A stretch of 64,000 bases of DNA. Origin: Promethearchaeota archaeon. GTDB lineage: Archaea > Asgardarchaeota > Lokiarchaeia > Sigyniarchaeales > SOKP01. This document shows, piece after piece, positions 50,778 to 60,429 of this stretch. How positions within the stretch are numbered: position 1 is the first letter of the stretch; each line of letters opens with the position of its first letter. The translations under genes were made by a program, and so were the position numbers. Location: the NCBI GenBank assembly GCA_048937405.1, contig JBHLNF010000003.1:1-64000 (forward strand). Reading direction: 5' to 3'. The notes below the pieces were generated by a model. It saw only the letters and a list, made by a program, of their open reading frames with translations. It searched no databases and was not told where the DNA came from.

Positions 50778-50808
50778 AAAAGTAAAAAATAAAAAATAAA
50801 AAATTAAA

Positions 50809-51627
50809 TTATTGCGGTTGTAATATCCCTGAAAACGCTAACCATGCTAGCAATGATTTTGCTACTAGGCTTAAGACTATATAAATACGTTCACCGAAAA
50901 GATAATCCTTCCACTTGCCTATTCCTTTATATTGAAGTATTTGGTTAATGGCAAAACTATTAAACAATATCAGATAAGTATAAAATATCCAATATACAAA
51001 ATCAGGTATACCTTCCGCATCCACACCATAAAAGTAGCCTAAAATCACGATCCAAGGAATAGCGCCAGATATACATCCCAAAATGAAAGGCATCCAATTA
51101 GTTTTTTCAGTATATTGATTAACAAGCTCCATCATATATCCAAACATTATCATCATAGCATTCAATACAAAAATCATAAGCAGTGACCAGAACTCCCAAA
51201 CTCCAAAAAGCAACGATAGAAAAACAATCATAATTGAACTAGAAAAAGCATATTCGTACCAACGATATGGATTAAAACCCTTTTTCAAATTGTTATTATA
51301 CTTTTCATTCAAGGGATAAGCAATTAAGAAATGAGCTAAGGCAGATATTAATAAGAATGAAGCCAAAACTGCTCCAAAATATGAAACAGTAAATAATACC
51401 TGAGGATCTGGGTATATATTAAAAGAATCTGGTGGAACAATCTCATAAGTTAAATAAAAAGTATAAATATCTCTAGAGAAATCTAAAATAAGTCCTACAG
51501 TGAGCATTAGTATTCCTTGTATTAGGTGAAGGATTCCCATATTTCTGTTAAACTTTTGCAAATAATCGAAGGATATATTAGAATTAGCTATAATTTCTTG
51601 TCGTTCTTTAAAATTCATTTTAACCAT
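50809..51627 (-). CDS. Heliorhodopsin
   Basis: N..MGILHLIQG, SALAH, NPYRWYEYAFSSSIM, GERIYIVLSLVAKSLLAW with the retinal-binding Lys; 7 TM. Confidence 0.95.
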   Translation of the reverse strand: MVKMNFKERQEIIANSNISFDYLQKFNRNMGILHLIQGILMLTVGLILDFSRDIYTFYLTYEIVPPDSFNIYPDPQVLFTVSYFGAVLASFLLISALAHFLIAYPLNEKYNNNLKKGFNPYRWYEYAFSSSIMIVFLSLLFGVWEFWSLLMIFVLNAMMIMFGYMMELVNQYTEKTNWMPFILGCISGAIPWIVILGYFYGVDAEGIPDFVYWIFYTYLILFNSFAINQILQYKGIGKWKDYLFGERIYIVLSLVAKSLLAWLAFSGILQPQ

Positions 51628-51818
51628 ATTTTTTTTAATTTAAAATTTCTAATTTTAATTATTCAGAGCTCAAACTTAAATTATCTTTCTAGAAATTATT
51701 AAAATTTCATTTTAATTAGTTTTAGAATAAACGAATTTAGGGCAAATTTATAATGATTAATTAATAAATCAAAAAATAAAGTACTAGTTATCATAATTAT
51801 TAAGTACTTTTTAGATAT

Positions 51819-51841
51819 TCATTAGGTTTAAAACCTAATGA
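51819..51841. promoter_or_regulatory. Perfect inverted repeat (11-bp arms), candidate operator or terminator hairpin
   Basis: TCATTAGGTTT-A-AAACCTAATGA between the Prx-like gene and heliorhodopsin. Confidence 0.45.
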
Positions 51842-51920
51842 TATATTGATATGGAAAAGTGTGGCTAACTTTAAAGAATAAAATCTCATTTTTTATTATT
51901 TTATTCTCACCAAATCATTA

Positions 51921-52394
51921 TTAATTGTTAATTTTTTTAAGAATTTTTAAAATTTCATCGTTTTCCGGGATATCATGCATATTTTTTCCATAATATGCAT
52001 ATTGAATAATCCCTTTCTTGTCAATTATTAATAGTCCAGGCATTCGACCCAATTTAATCCACCTTTTTTCTTGTTTTAACATCGTAGAAACTTTCTTTGA
52101 CTCATCATAAAAAATAGCATATTTTCGCGCATATTTCTGTTCCATTTTTTTTGCATTTTTTTCATTATCTACCAAGATTGGATATAAGAAAGTATCTAAA
52201 TTTTCAAATTTATCAATATCTCTTCTTAATCTAGCAGCATGCCATCGACAAAATGGTCAATTGATATCTCTAAATAACACAATCACAACGTTTTTTTTAT
52301 TTTCAAAATCTCTAATATTTAATGTTTCACCTCTAGAATTTGGCAGACTAAATTCATCGATTCTAGTACCAACTAAATTGAATTTATCTTTCAA
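51921..52394 (-). CDS. AhpC/TSA (peroxiredoxin-like) protein with in-frame TGA in a UxxC motif: probable selenoprotein (157 aa, U46)
   Basis: Manual translation from TTG 52394: MKDKFNLVGTRIDEFSLPNSRGETLNIRDFENKKNVVIVLFRDIN-TGA(52257..52259)-PFCRWHAARLRRD..., continuing in frame into the listed 84-aa ORF (..MPGLLIIDKKGIIQYAYYG..DIP). Confidence 0.85.
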
Positions 52395-52578
52395 TTTGAT
52401 ATCTCTTTGGTTTTTATTTATTTTTTTGATAAAAAAAGATCAAAATGATTTAATAATATCTCTATTAAGAATTATAAACTTCAACTCCTAAAATAAAATC
52501 ATGATTATGAAACAAAACCATAGATAAAATAATAACTCTAGATTATTTTTATTGTTTCATTTTTATTTTTAGCGGGAT

Positions 52579-54231
52579 TCAAGCTTCTAAAACATAAAGT
52601 GGCCATTTTTTTAAAACACCTTTAGGATTTTTCCCACTTCTGACTTTCTCTAACATCTCAGAACGTGTAGCTAAGAAGTCAACTGGATTATTCTTAATTA
52701 ATTCTATTTCTATATCATTATTCAAGATAGCTTCTTTAAAATTTTCATTTCTAATACATTCAAGTAAGACTTTCTTATAGCTATTTAAATCAGAACAATT
52801 TTTTTCTTTATTACTATAAAGAAATAATTTCAAACTATTTTTGACAGAATTTTTATAATTTACTAATAATAGGGAATCAATATTTAAGATACAATTTTCC
52901 TTCAAACAATTTAATAATAAACGAGGATTTATAATTTCGAAATCAGGAAAATTGAAATAATCACCAGCAAAAACTTTATAATACGATTTAATATCAATTT
53001 CTTTTAATAGTTTTATAGGATATTTTAATTCAAAAGTTGAACGTAAAATAGTTCCATCTATTTGAGGTAAACCTTCCTGATTTTTTATCGAAATAACATC
53101 ACCCATGTCTATATTAATTAAAACTCTTGAGTTATTAAGCCTAGAAACATAAAGCTTGCCAAATTCATTTTTAGTTCTAGAAATTAAAGCTTTTCTTCCT
53201 TTATATTCTAATACTGGAAGTGTTAAAGGAAAAATGTACATCCTGTTTAAACGTGATAATGTAAAATCACCTTCATTTATACTAGCAGCAAATGGTCCTA
53301 TTTCAGAGGCTACATAAAGATTAATAAATTTTTCTTGACCTTTCTCCCAATTCATTAATTTTCTAATTAATTTCCAATCAAATTCAGAGAGTGAGCTTAT
53401 ACTGAATATTAAGGTAGCATTCCTTATTTTTTCAGATAATCTTTTTTGAATATCTTTTGAAATAGAATCTATTCCCTTTTTTTTTATGTCGAGTAAAAAT
53501 TTCTCCGTAAGAGGATTGTCGGTTTGTTTTATCGAATTAAGTGAACTTTTTAATCCAATTTTAAGTCTGTTAATATCTGCCCATCCCAAGATAGTTATAG
53601 CAGGAGCGGAAATAACGGAGACATTCTCAATCATTAAAATATTAGAAAGGATCTCTAAATTCTTTGAATTTTTGTATTCATAAAAAGAATAAGACTGTGG
53701 CTTAATAATAGAGAGCATTATTCGTTGGGAAAATTCTGAAGAATAAAGTGACACATATTCTTTATCTTCATACTTATTAAATCCATCAAATTTAAGGCGT
53801 GATGGGACAAAAATAATAGCTGATGATCTAGAATTTAATCCACTTGATTCAAAAATTGCTTGCATTCCAGGAGCCCATTGCCTTTTTACGATATCATGTG
53901 CCATATAGAACCATTTTAACATAGATAAATTACTATTAGTAGTACCTGAAGTATGACAGAAAATTAAAGGACTAAAATCGTCGGTTCTATCTAAAAATTT
54001 TTTTAAATCTATCGAAAAATGGCTAGAAGAAGTAGTTTCAATTTTTACTTTTTCTATAATATCTTCAACAGATGATAATCCTGAAAGATTCAATGCTAAT
54101 TCTTCATATTCTTCTTTAGAACGAATTTCCAGCCAATCTCGCCAACTTACTGACTTAATGTTTGAAAAAGAAGCATTAAAGGCTTCTTGAACTTTAACAT
54201 CAAAATCAAATGAGTTCAAAATATTCTCCAA
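52579..54231 (-). CDS. GH3/LuxE/PaaK-like ANL adenylate-forming enzyme
   Basis: P-loop HTSGTT, LYVASEIGPF (GH3-like YxxSE), IDMGDVI (GD motif). Confidence 0.6.
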   Translation of the reverse strand: MENILNSFDFDVKVQEAFNASFSNIKSVSWRDWLEIRSKEEYEELALNLSGLSSVEDIIEKVKIETTSSSHFSIDLKKFLDRTDDFSPLIFCHTSGTTNSNLSMLKWFYMAHDIVKRQWAPGMQAIFESSGLNSRSSAIIFVPSRLKFDGFNKYEDKEYVSLYSSEFSQRIMLSIIKPQSYSFYEYKNSKNLEILSNILMIENVSVISAPAITILGWADINRLKIGLKSSLNSIKQTDNPLTEKFLLDIKKKGIDSISKDIQKRLSEKIRNATLIFSISSLSEFDWKLIRKLMNWEKGQEKFINLYVASEIGPFAASINEGDFTLSRLNRMYIFPLTLPVLEYKGRKALISRTKNEFGKLYVSRLNNSRVLINIDMGDVISIKNQEGLPQIDGTILRSTFELKYPIKLLKEIDIKSYYKVFAGDYFNFPDFEIINPRLLLNCLKENCILNIDSLLLVNYKNSVKNSLKLFLYSNKEKNCSDLNSYKKVLLECIRNENFKEAILNNDIEIELIKNNPVDFLATRSEMLEKVRSGKNPKGVLKKWPLYVLEA

Positions 54232-54349
54232 AATAGTAATCTATATTCCAGATAATATAACAATCATATGTGTGATTATTTCTTTTATCTAATAGAATTA
54301 ATAAAGAAAATAAAAATTAAATTGTTTTTTCAAGTATAATTTATAGAAA

Positions 54350-54880
54350 TCAATTAATTCCATATAAACCAGTCTCAGAATCTTGAAAAATTGGCAAGTG
54401 TGGTGGTAGATAGGTAAAAATTATCATTAGTAATCCTAACCCTACAATAACTAGCCAGGAAACAATATTTATCCATTTGGGAAGTGTATCTAAGCTAATA
54501 ATTCTATAACTAATCAATTGACCAATAATAACACCTATAAAAAAACTTAATATATCGATTATAAGAATTTCAGTACCTATTATTGCTGTATAAGTATAAA
54601 AGACAATTAAAATTGTACCAATACTTATTAATGCAGACAGAGCTTTTCCAATTATTATATTGTTTGCTTTATCTTTTATAAAATGACATTCTATTAAAGA
54701 AAGAAAGATTAAAGGCCAATAGGGAAGTTTTAAATGTTCCCATACGCTTTCATTGACAGGAGCAATTGCTCCAATAGGGGACCAAGAAAAAAGCCATTCG
54801 AATAGAAAATGGAACAAAGTACCAGTAATTAATATAAAGATTATACCAGCAATTTCCCATTTTAGTATACTGTTTTTCAT
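54350..54880 (-). CDS. Conserved membrane protein (NESVWEHLKL motif, DUF6512-like)
   Basis: About 5 TMs; GTLFHFLFEW, VNESVWEHLKL, PIFQD..GLYG. Confidence 0.7.
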   Translation of the reverse strand: MKNSILKWEIAGIIFILITGTLFHFLFEWLFSWSPIGAIAPVNESVWEHLKLPYWPLIFLSLIECHFIKDKANNIIIGKALSALISIGTILIVFYTYTAIIGTEILIIDILSFFIGVIIGQLISYRIISLDTLPKWINIVSWLVIVGLGLLMIIFTYLPPHLPIFQDSETGLYGIN

Positions 54881-55157
54881 TTTTCAATCAATATTATTGT
54901 AATTCAATTTAAAAAATTCTCATAAATAGATTATAATAAGAAATATACCAAAACTCTGATAATCTAAAACAGAATTTGTTTAAAAAAAATTTGGTTTTAT
55001 CTTAATAAAAAATATCTAACAGAAAGTTTATTATAATCAGAGTTTATTGTAATTATTTTATAATTTATATTTCAATTACTTAAAGCCTAAGAAAAGAGAA
55101 ATAATAAGAGAAAAAAATCATTTAAGGATATAAGGTAGGAAGCAAATTTTATAAATA

Positions 55158-55654
55158 TCAGATTTTTTCATATCTTTCAACTTCTACTTTCCCCCACGCT
55201 TCGAATTTCTTGTCCAATTCATCAATAAAGTTGTATATCGTTTCTTGATTAATGATAAGGATGTCGTTATCAATCTTGAACCCATATTCTTTTGCCCATT
55301 CAAATATTTTTGAATTAAATTCATCTTTATTCATCAGGAGAGGGCATTTCTCATCATTTCAAGGTTTAGTTTTGAAGATATACTCGTCATTTCTCTCAAC
55401 TTTTCTAAAATCTTCTTGTCCTTTTTTCTTTCAATTCTTTATTTTACTTCCCCCTCTGGAGATTTTACCTTGACGAAAAAATCACCCTCAATTACAAAAC
55501 CATATTCCATTGCCCATTTGAGAATTTTGACATCAAATAATCTTTGATAATCTGGAATTTTATAATCAATATTAAGATACTTTTTCATCAAGTTAATATT
55601 AATTCTGTCAGATGTCCGGAACATTTCTTTTGCTTTTTTTTCTAATTCTGTCAT
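55158..55654 (-). pseudogene. Disrupted gene with two tandem copies of a small helical domain (WAxEYGFxIxxD)
   Basis: After the TAA at 55439..55441 the same frame continues (RIERKKDKKILEKLREMTSISSKLNLEMMRNAL). A frameshift near 55340 then leads to MNKDEFNSKIFEWAKEYGFKIDNDILIINQETIYNFIDELDKKFEAW..KI*. Compare the first copy, KILKWAMEYGFVIEGD. Confidence 0.65.
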
Positions 55655-55956
55655 TTTTCAATTTAAGTAAAATTTATTTTACTATTTATTAATTAAATAT
55701 ATCTAACGTATATAAAAGTTAGTTTAAGGGTGTAATACATTATTAGAACTCATATGATTACCTACTAATTCAAGTATATTTCTAAAGAACAGTGTTTGAA
55801 TTCTAACATCTACTCTCTGTGTGGTAATCTATGCTTTATCTCAACAAAAAAGTTCTAATTGAAAAATAATGTAATTAGATTTTATTTGGATTACTTTCTA
55901 ATTTATACTTTAAGTATCAAAAATCTAAAAAAAATTGAAGTAGTTTAAGAAAAAAT

Positions 55957-56163
55957 TCATTTATGGATATTAACATTTTTCTTTAAATCATTTAATGCTG
56001 TTATTATAATTTCCAATATTGTTTCTCTAACTTTTGGATTTCCCTCGGTAAAATTCTTTATCTTGGAAACTATATCATCTATAAAATTCATTTGTTCGTA
56101 ATTTAATCCCATCATTTCCGCCTTTTTCACGATTTCAATCAAATTTTTTCTGTTTTATGCCAT
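55957..56163 (-). pseudogene. Small hypothetical gene, possibly with a premature stop at codon 3
   Basis: ATG GCA TAA AAC AGA AAA AAT TTG ATT GAA..: an ATG at 56163 is in frame with the listed TTG-start 61-aa ORF but separated from it by TAA. Confidence 0.35.
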
Positions 56164-56320
56164 CAAATCATAAACTAGAATATTAATAAATATAGATATA
56201 ATGTTTTAAATTTTTTTCTCCTCAATTAATAAAATTTTCACGATAAAAGCGTATTAATAAGGTAATCGAAGTAGAAATTTGTATAGTTCAAAAACATAAC
56301 AAATTTTTTTGATCTTACGA

Positions 56321-57286
56321 TTATGGTGTTAATTTATGTAACCCCTGTGAGAAAATCTTTTCTTTATACCATGATATTTGATTTCGAAGTACCGCTTCCA
56401 AACTAGTATGAGGTTCATAACCCAATATCTGCCGGGCTTTATTAATATTAGCTCGAGTATGTAACTGATCTCCTGGTCGTTTAGGTTTCATATCAAAACG
56501 AGCTTTTTTTCCCATTATTTTTTCAACAATAGTGATACCTTCCTTGGTTGTGATTTCTTTATCAGAACCAATATTAAAAATCTCGCCAATACATTTTTCA
56601 GGATGCTTAAGAACTAATAAAAAACCAGTCAAGATATCGGAAATTGCTGTATAACTACGTGAGTGACTTAGACTATCTTCATATAATGGAAAAGGCTCAT
56701 CTATTAAAATAGAACGTATAAGCTTTGTGTATAACTTCTCTGGTCGCTCACGTGGACCTAGAACTGAGAAGATTCTTAAAGAACATGCAGGTAATCCTTT
56801 TTCTCTTTGATAGACTAAAACTAATTGTTCAGCGGCTAATTTAGTAACACCATAGTATGAAGTCGGTTTTGGAGCACTATCTTCCGCATCATATGCAAAT
56901 TTACCATAAATGGATGATGTAGCAACATTGACAAAACATTTTAAACCAGAGAGAAATTTTACAGCCTCCAGTAATTTATAAGTTGCATTTAAGTTATTGC
57001 GTACATATTCTTCATATGCAGTTGTGCTTGAAATACCAGGTTGAGCAGCTAAATGAAAAATAAACTGGACATTTTTAACAACATCAGATAAATCATCACT
57101 AACTAAATCAATTTCTAAAATCTGTACACCTTTAGCGGAAATTTCTTCCGCATTAAGACGTTTTAATTCAGGAGCGTAATATGGATTGAAATTGTCAATA
57201 CCTATGACTTCATGCCCCATTTCGGATAAAGTTTCAGATAAGTGAGAACCTATAAATCCTGCAGCACCAGTAACAAGAATTTTCAT
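56321..57286 (-). CDS. NAD-dependent nucleotide-sugar epimerase/dehydratase (UDP-glucuronate epimerase-like)
   Basis: TGAAGFIG, HLAAQPG, TSSIYG, YGVTK, GPRERP, RPGD. Confidence 0.9.
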   Translation of the reverse strand: MKILVTGAAGFIGSHLSETLSEMGHEVIGIDNFNPYYAPELKRLNAEEISAKGVQILEIDLVSDDLSDVVKNVQFIFHLAAQPGISSTTAYEEYVRNNLNATYKLLEAVKFLSGLKCFVNVATSSIYGKFAYDAEDSAPKPTSYYGVTKLAAEQLVLVYQREKGLPACSLRIFSVLGPRERPEKLYTKLIRSILIDEPFPLYEDSLSHSRSYTAISDILTGFLLVLKHPEKCIGEIFNIGSDKEITTKEGITIVEKIMGKKARFDMKPKRPGDQLHTRANINKARQILGYEPHTSLEAVLRNQISWYKEKIFSQGLHKLTP

Positions 57287-57462
57287 AATTCAATCGTATT
57301 TAATTTAAAAAGTATTTATATCTTACTTTTAATAATTTAAAGAAAGTCAAAAAGATAATGTATTACAATTTGGATAATAAATTAAATATTTTTCAGAAAA
57401 TATTTAAAATTCTTTCCTTCTTGATTTAATCTATTATCATATTTTTTTGGTAACCCTAAATA

Positions 57463-58470
57463 ATGAAGGCTGCTGTATTTAATGGGAAAGAAATAACGAT
57501 AAGAAATGTATCTGAACCTAAAATAAAAGGCTCTGAAGTTTTGGTTCGTGTTAAAGTAGCTGGAATCTGTGGTACAGATCTTGCTATCGTTAATGGAGAT
57601 CTCCCAACACCAACTCCAATTATTTTAGGGCATGAATTTGTTGGTATAGTTGAAAAAGTAGGTAAGGATGTTGATAAATCTTGGATAAATAAGAGAATAA
57701 CTTCAGAAATTAATACTAATATTGATTTTAACTGTTATTATTGCAAATTAGGGTTATATACTCAATGTGTTTCTCGTAAGGCGATTGGAATTGATATTAA
57801 CGGTGCTCTAGCTGAATATATTGCTTTAGAATCATACTTATTACATGAAATTCCAGATTCTATTTCAGATGATGATGCTACATTTATTGAACCTCTTGCT
57901 GCCGCCTTCCAAACCTTCGAAATGATGCCTATAGGTGAAGATGATAACGTTATCGCTATTTTTGGGCTTGGTAAGCTTGGATTATTGATAAGTCAAGTCG
58001 CTAAATTAAAAGGATTAGAAATAATTGCGGTGGATGAGTCAGAAAGGAAATTAAAGTTAGCAAAAAAATTGGGAGTTAAAGAAATAATTAATAGATTACA
58101 GGAAAAAAACATTCCGAAAGTAATACAAAACTTCACAAATGGGCTAGGAGCAGATATTGTGATAGATGCGACAGGTAATCCGAATGCATTAGGGGAAATA
58201 GTTGCTTCTTGTAGAACGAGAGGAAAAATACATATAAAAAGTACACATGGTTTAGAAACACCTATTAATCTCACTGATATTGTTGTAAGAGAATTAACTC
58301 TTTATAGTAGTAGATGTGGTCCATTTGATAAAGCTATAGAGGGAATAAAATCGGGAAAAATAAAAGTTAATGAATTAATATCTAAGAAATTTCAATTAAA
58401 TAATATAAAAGAAGCCATTGAATCTTATAAAATAAGCAAGGATCATATTAAGACGATAATTCAAATATAA
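57463..58470 (+). CDS. Zinc-dependent medium-chain dehydrogenase (threonine/sorbitol dehydrogenase-like)
   Basis: GICGTD, GHEFVG, CYYC..C, EPLA, GLGKLG. Confidence 0.9.
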   Translation: MKAAVFNGKEITIRNVSEPKIKGSEVLVRVKVAGICGTDLAIVNGDLPTPTPIILGHEFVGIVEKVGKDVDKSWINKRITSEINTNIDFNCYYCKLGLYTQCVSRKAIGIDINGALAEYIALESYLLHEIPDSISDDDATFIEPLAAAFQTFEMMPIGEDDNVIAIFGLGKLGLLISQVAKLKGLEIIAVDESERKLKLAKKLGVKEIINRLQEKNIPKVIQNFTNGLGADIVIDATGNPNALGEIVASCRTRGKIHIKSTHGLETPINLTDIVVRELTLYSSRCGPFDKAIEGIKSGKIKVNELISKKFQLNNIKEAIESYKISKDHIKTIIQI

Positions 58471-58587
58471 AGCTTATGTATTCTTACCAGTTTTAGTTAA
58501 AATTTAAATTTAGAAAAAAAAACATTGAATTTTTTAGAAACAAACTCTTAATTACTAATAATATAGTAAAATCAATGATTTTATAGA

Positions 58588-60414
58588 ATGCAAAAAGTTG
58601 TACAACAATCATCAGAAAGTATTTCAAAAGAAGATGTTCCAAAAGAAGAAATAAAATTTCAATACTTTTGGTATCTAGTTATTTTTTTTACAATATACTT
58701 AATATCGTTGATAGTACCCGCATTTATATTCATGACTTATATATTCCTCTTTTTTTTACCATATTTTTTAAAAATTAGAAATTTTTTTACTCTTTTTACT
58801 GAAATTAATTCAATTATAGCTTTAGTATCGATGCCATTAATTATCATTGGTTGTTATTTTATTCGATTGTTTTTAATTGGATTCATTACTCGTGGATTTT
58901 GGACTTTAAGCGAAAAAAAATCACCAAGCAAAAATGGTATAATACCTAGGAATTTTTCGAGTAAAACATTGAATTATTACCACATTAGAAGCATGATGAT
59001 TAAATACGGAAAGAATATGTTTACTAAAGGAATTCTACCATGGTTTAGTAATTGGTTTTTTAACTATGTGGGATCAATTAAAATTGGAAAAGGTACAACT
59101 TTAGAAGAAAGTATAATGAATGATAAATTTGCTATTGTTGGAAATAATTGTTATTTTGGCGTCAATTCTGCTTTAGCTAGTCATATGGTAGACGGTACTC
59201 TTGGAAATATTAATTATTTCCAAGTAAAGATCGGAGATAATGTAACAACTGCAGGAACAAATCTAATAGCAGCGGGATCAGAGGTAAATGGGAATTCCTA
59301 TTTACTTCCTTTAGCTTCAACTGGTAAACACAGTATGATAAAGAAAGAAAATAATTATTTTTTTGGAATCCCTATGAGAAGAATTTTCAGAAAGAAATTG
59401 ATGAAGTATTTAGATTTAACTCCAAGACATTTTGATATTAATGAAAATATTGAGAAGTACAGGGATAAAAAAACAATAAATAAATTAAAAACTGAGATAA
59501 ATAATATTAGACCACAACCTGAGAGTAAACTTAAAATTGAGAAGTCTCAAGAAGAAAAAATTGATATAAATAAGTTGACTGAAAATGATTTAAAAATTGA
59601 TTTTACAACAAGTAGTGCCATTTCAAGAGTTAATATTAAATTCTTAGCGGTATATCTTCCAATTTTTTGGCTTTCTGGAATGGTAGACACTATAGTTTTC
59701 TATACATTTATATATTATGTTCCAAATGGTTTTTTAATGGCATTTTTTCTTCCAGCAATGATAATTATTATGTGGTTTGTATTTATTATGGGTTGTTTCT
59801 TTTTTAGCAAACTATTTTTAGTGTTGATAAATTTAATCCATAAGCCAAAAGAAGGCATATTTAAGGCAGAAATTGGAGATACTGATTTTGAATTTTGGTG
59901 TTTGCGTACTGAATTAAAAAAAATTGTTCTGTGGCTCATAAGAAATTGGCCTATTCCTTGGATGGATATTTTAGCTTTTAAATGGTTTGGAATAAAGATG
60001 ACTTTAAACAGTTCATTATATGATTCATGGTGTGATGGTGAGTTTATTACATTTGGTCGAAGAGTTTTGGTGGGTCAAGGAGCTTCTATAAATTCTTCTA
60101 TGGTATTAGGAAAGTACTTAATTATAAAAAGAGTAATATGTGGTGATTATTCTCTTATTGGTGGACAATCCACAATCTCACCTGGTAGTATCATAGGGAA
60201 GGAAACATTTGTTAGTGCGATTTCAAATACTGTTTATAATCAGGTACTTGAATCGGGCTGGCTCTATATGGGAATTCCAGTTACAAAATTAAAAAGAAAT
60301 AAATATGCTAAAGAAAGAAGAGATATAATCATAAAAAGAGATATAAATGAACAAATGAAATTTGAAATCGAACATGAAGTAAATGTTGATGAAGATAAGA
60401 ATCATGTGGCATAA
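58588..60414 (+). CDS. Fused Pls C-domain-like units A+B (4 TM, two left-handed beta-helices)
   Basis: N-half matches 47327..48250 (GIIPRN..NYYHIRS, SHMVDG). C-half matches 48243..49133 (DFTTSSAISR, PKEGIF..DFEFW). Confidence 0.72.
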   Translation: MQKVVQQSSESISKEDVPKEEIKFQYFWYLVIFFTIYLISLIVPAFIFMTYIFLFFLPYFLKIRNFFTLFTEINSIIALVSMPLIIIGCYFIRLFLIGFITRGFWTLSEKKSPSKNGIIPRNFSSKTLNYYHIRSMMIKYGKNMFTKGILPWFSNWFFNYVGSIKIGKGTTLEESIMNDKFAIVGNNCYFGVNSALASHMVDGTLGNINYFQVKIGDNVTTAGTNLIAAGSEVNGNSYLLPLASTGKHSMIKKENNYFFGIPMRRIFRKKLMKYLDLTPRHFDINENIEKYRDKKTINKLKTEINNIRPQPESKLKIEKSQEEKIDINKLTENDLKIDFTTSSAISRVNIKFLAVYLPIFWLSGMVDTIVFYTFIYYVPNGFLMAFFLPAMIIIMWFVFIMGCFFFSKLFLVLINLIHKPKEGIFKAEIGDTDFEFWCLRTELKKIVLWLIRNWPIPWMDILAFKWFGIKMTLNSSLYDSWCDGEFITFGRRVLVGQGASINSSMVLGKYLIIKRVICGDYSLIGGQSTISPGSIIGKETFVSAISNTVYNQVLESGWLYMGIPVTKLKRNKYAKERRDIIIKRDINEQMKFEIEHEVNVDEDKNHVA

Positions 60415-60429
60415 TAAATCGTTTAGATT

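Noticed and set aside
51630-51920. Canonical eukaryote-type SECIS downstream of the redoxin
   Set aside because: Several ATGA..GA pairs were tried by eye and none gave a clean helix next to the core. Not called without a covariance-model search.
51921-52175. 84-aa ORF as a complete gene
   Set aside because: It is the C-terminal half of a redoxin whose frame continues upstream through a TGA at the catalytic position.
55957-56142. Acyl/peptidyl carrier protein for the Pls-like system
   Set aside because: The size fits, but there is no (D/H)S(L/I) phosphopantetheine attachment motif.
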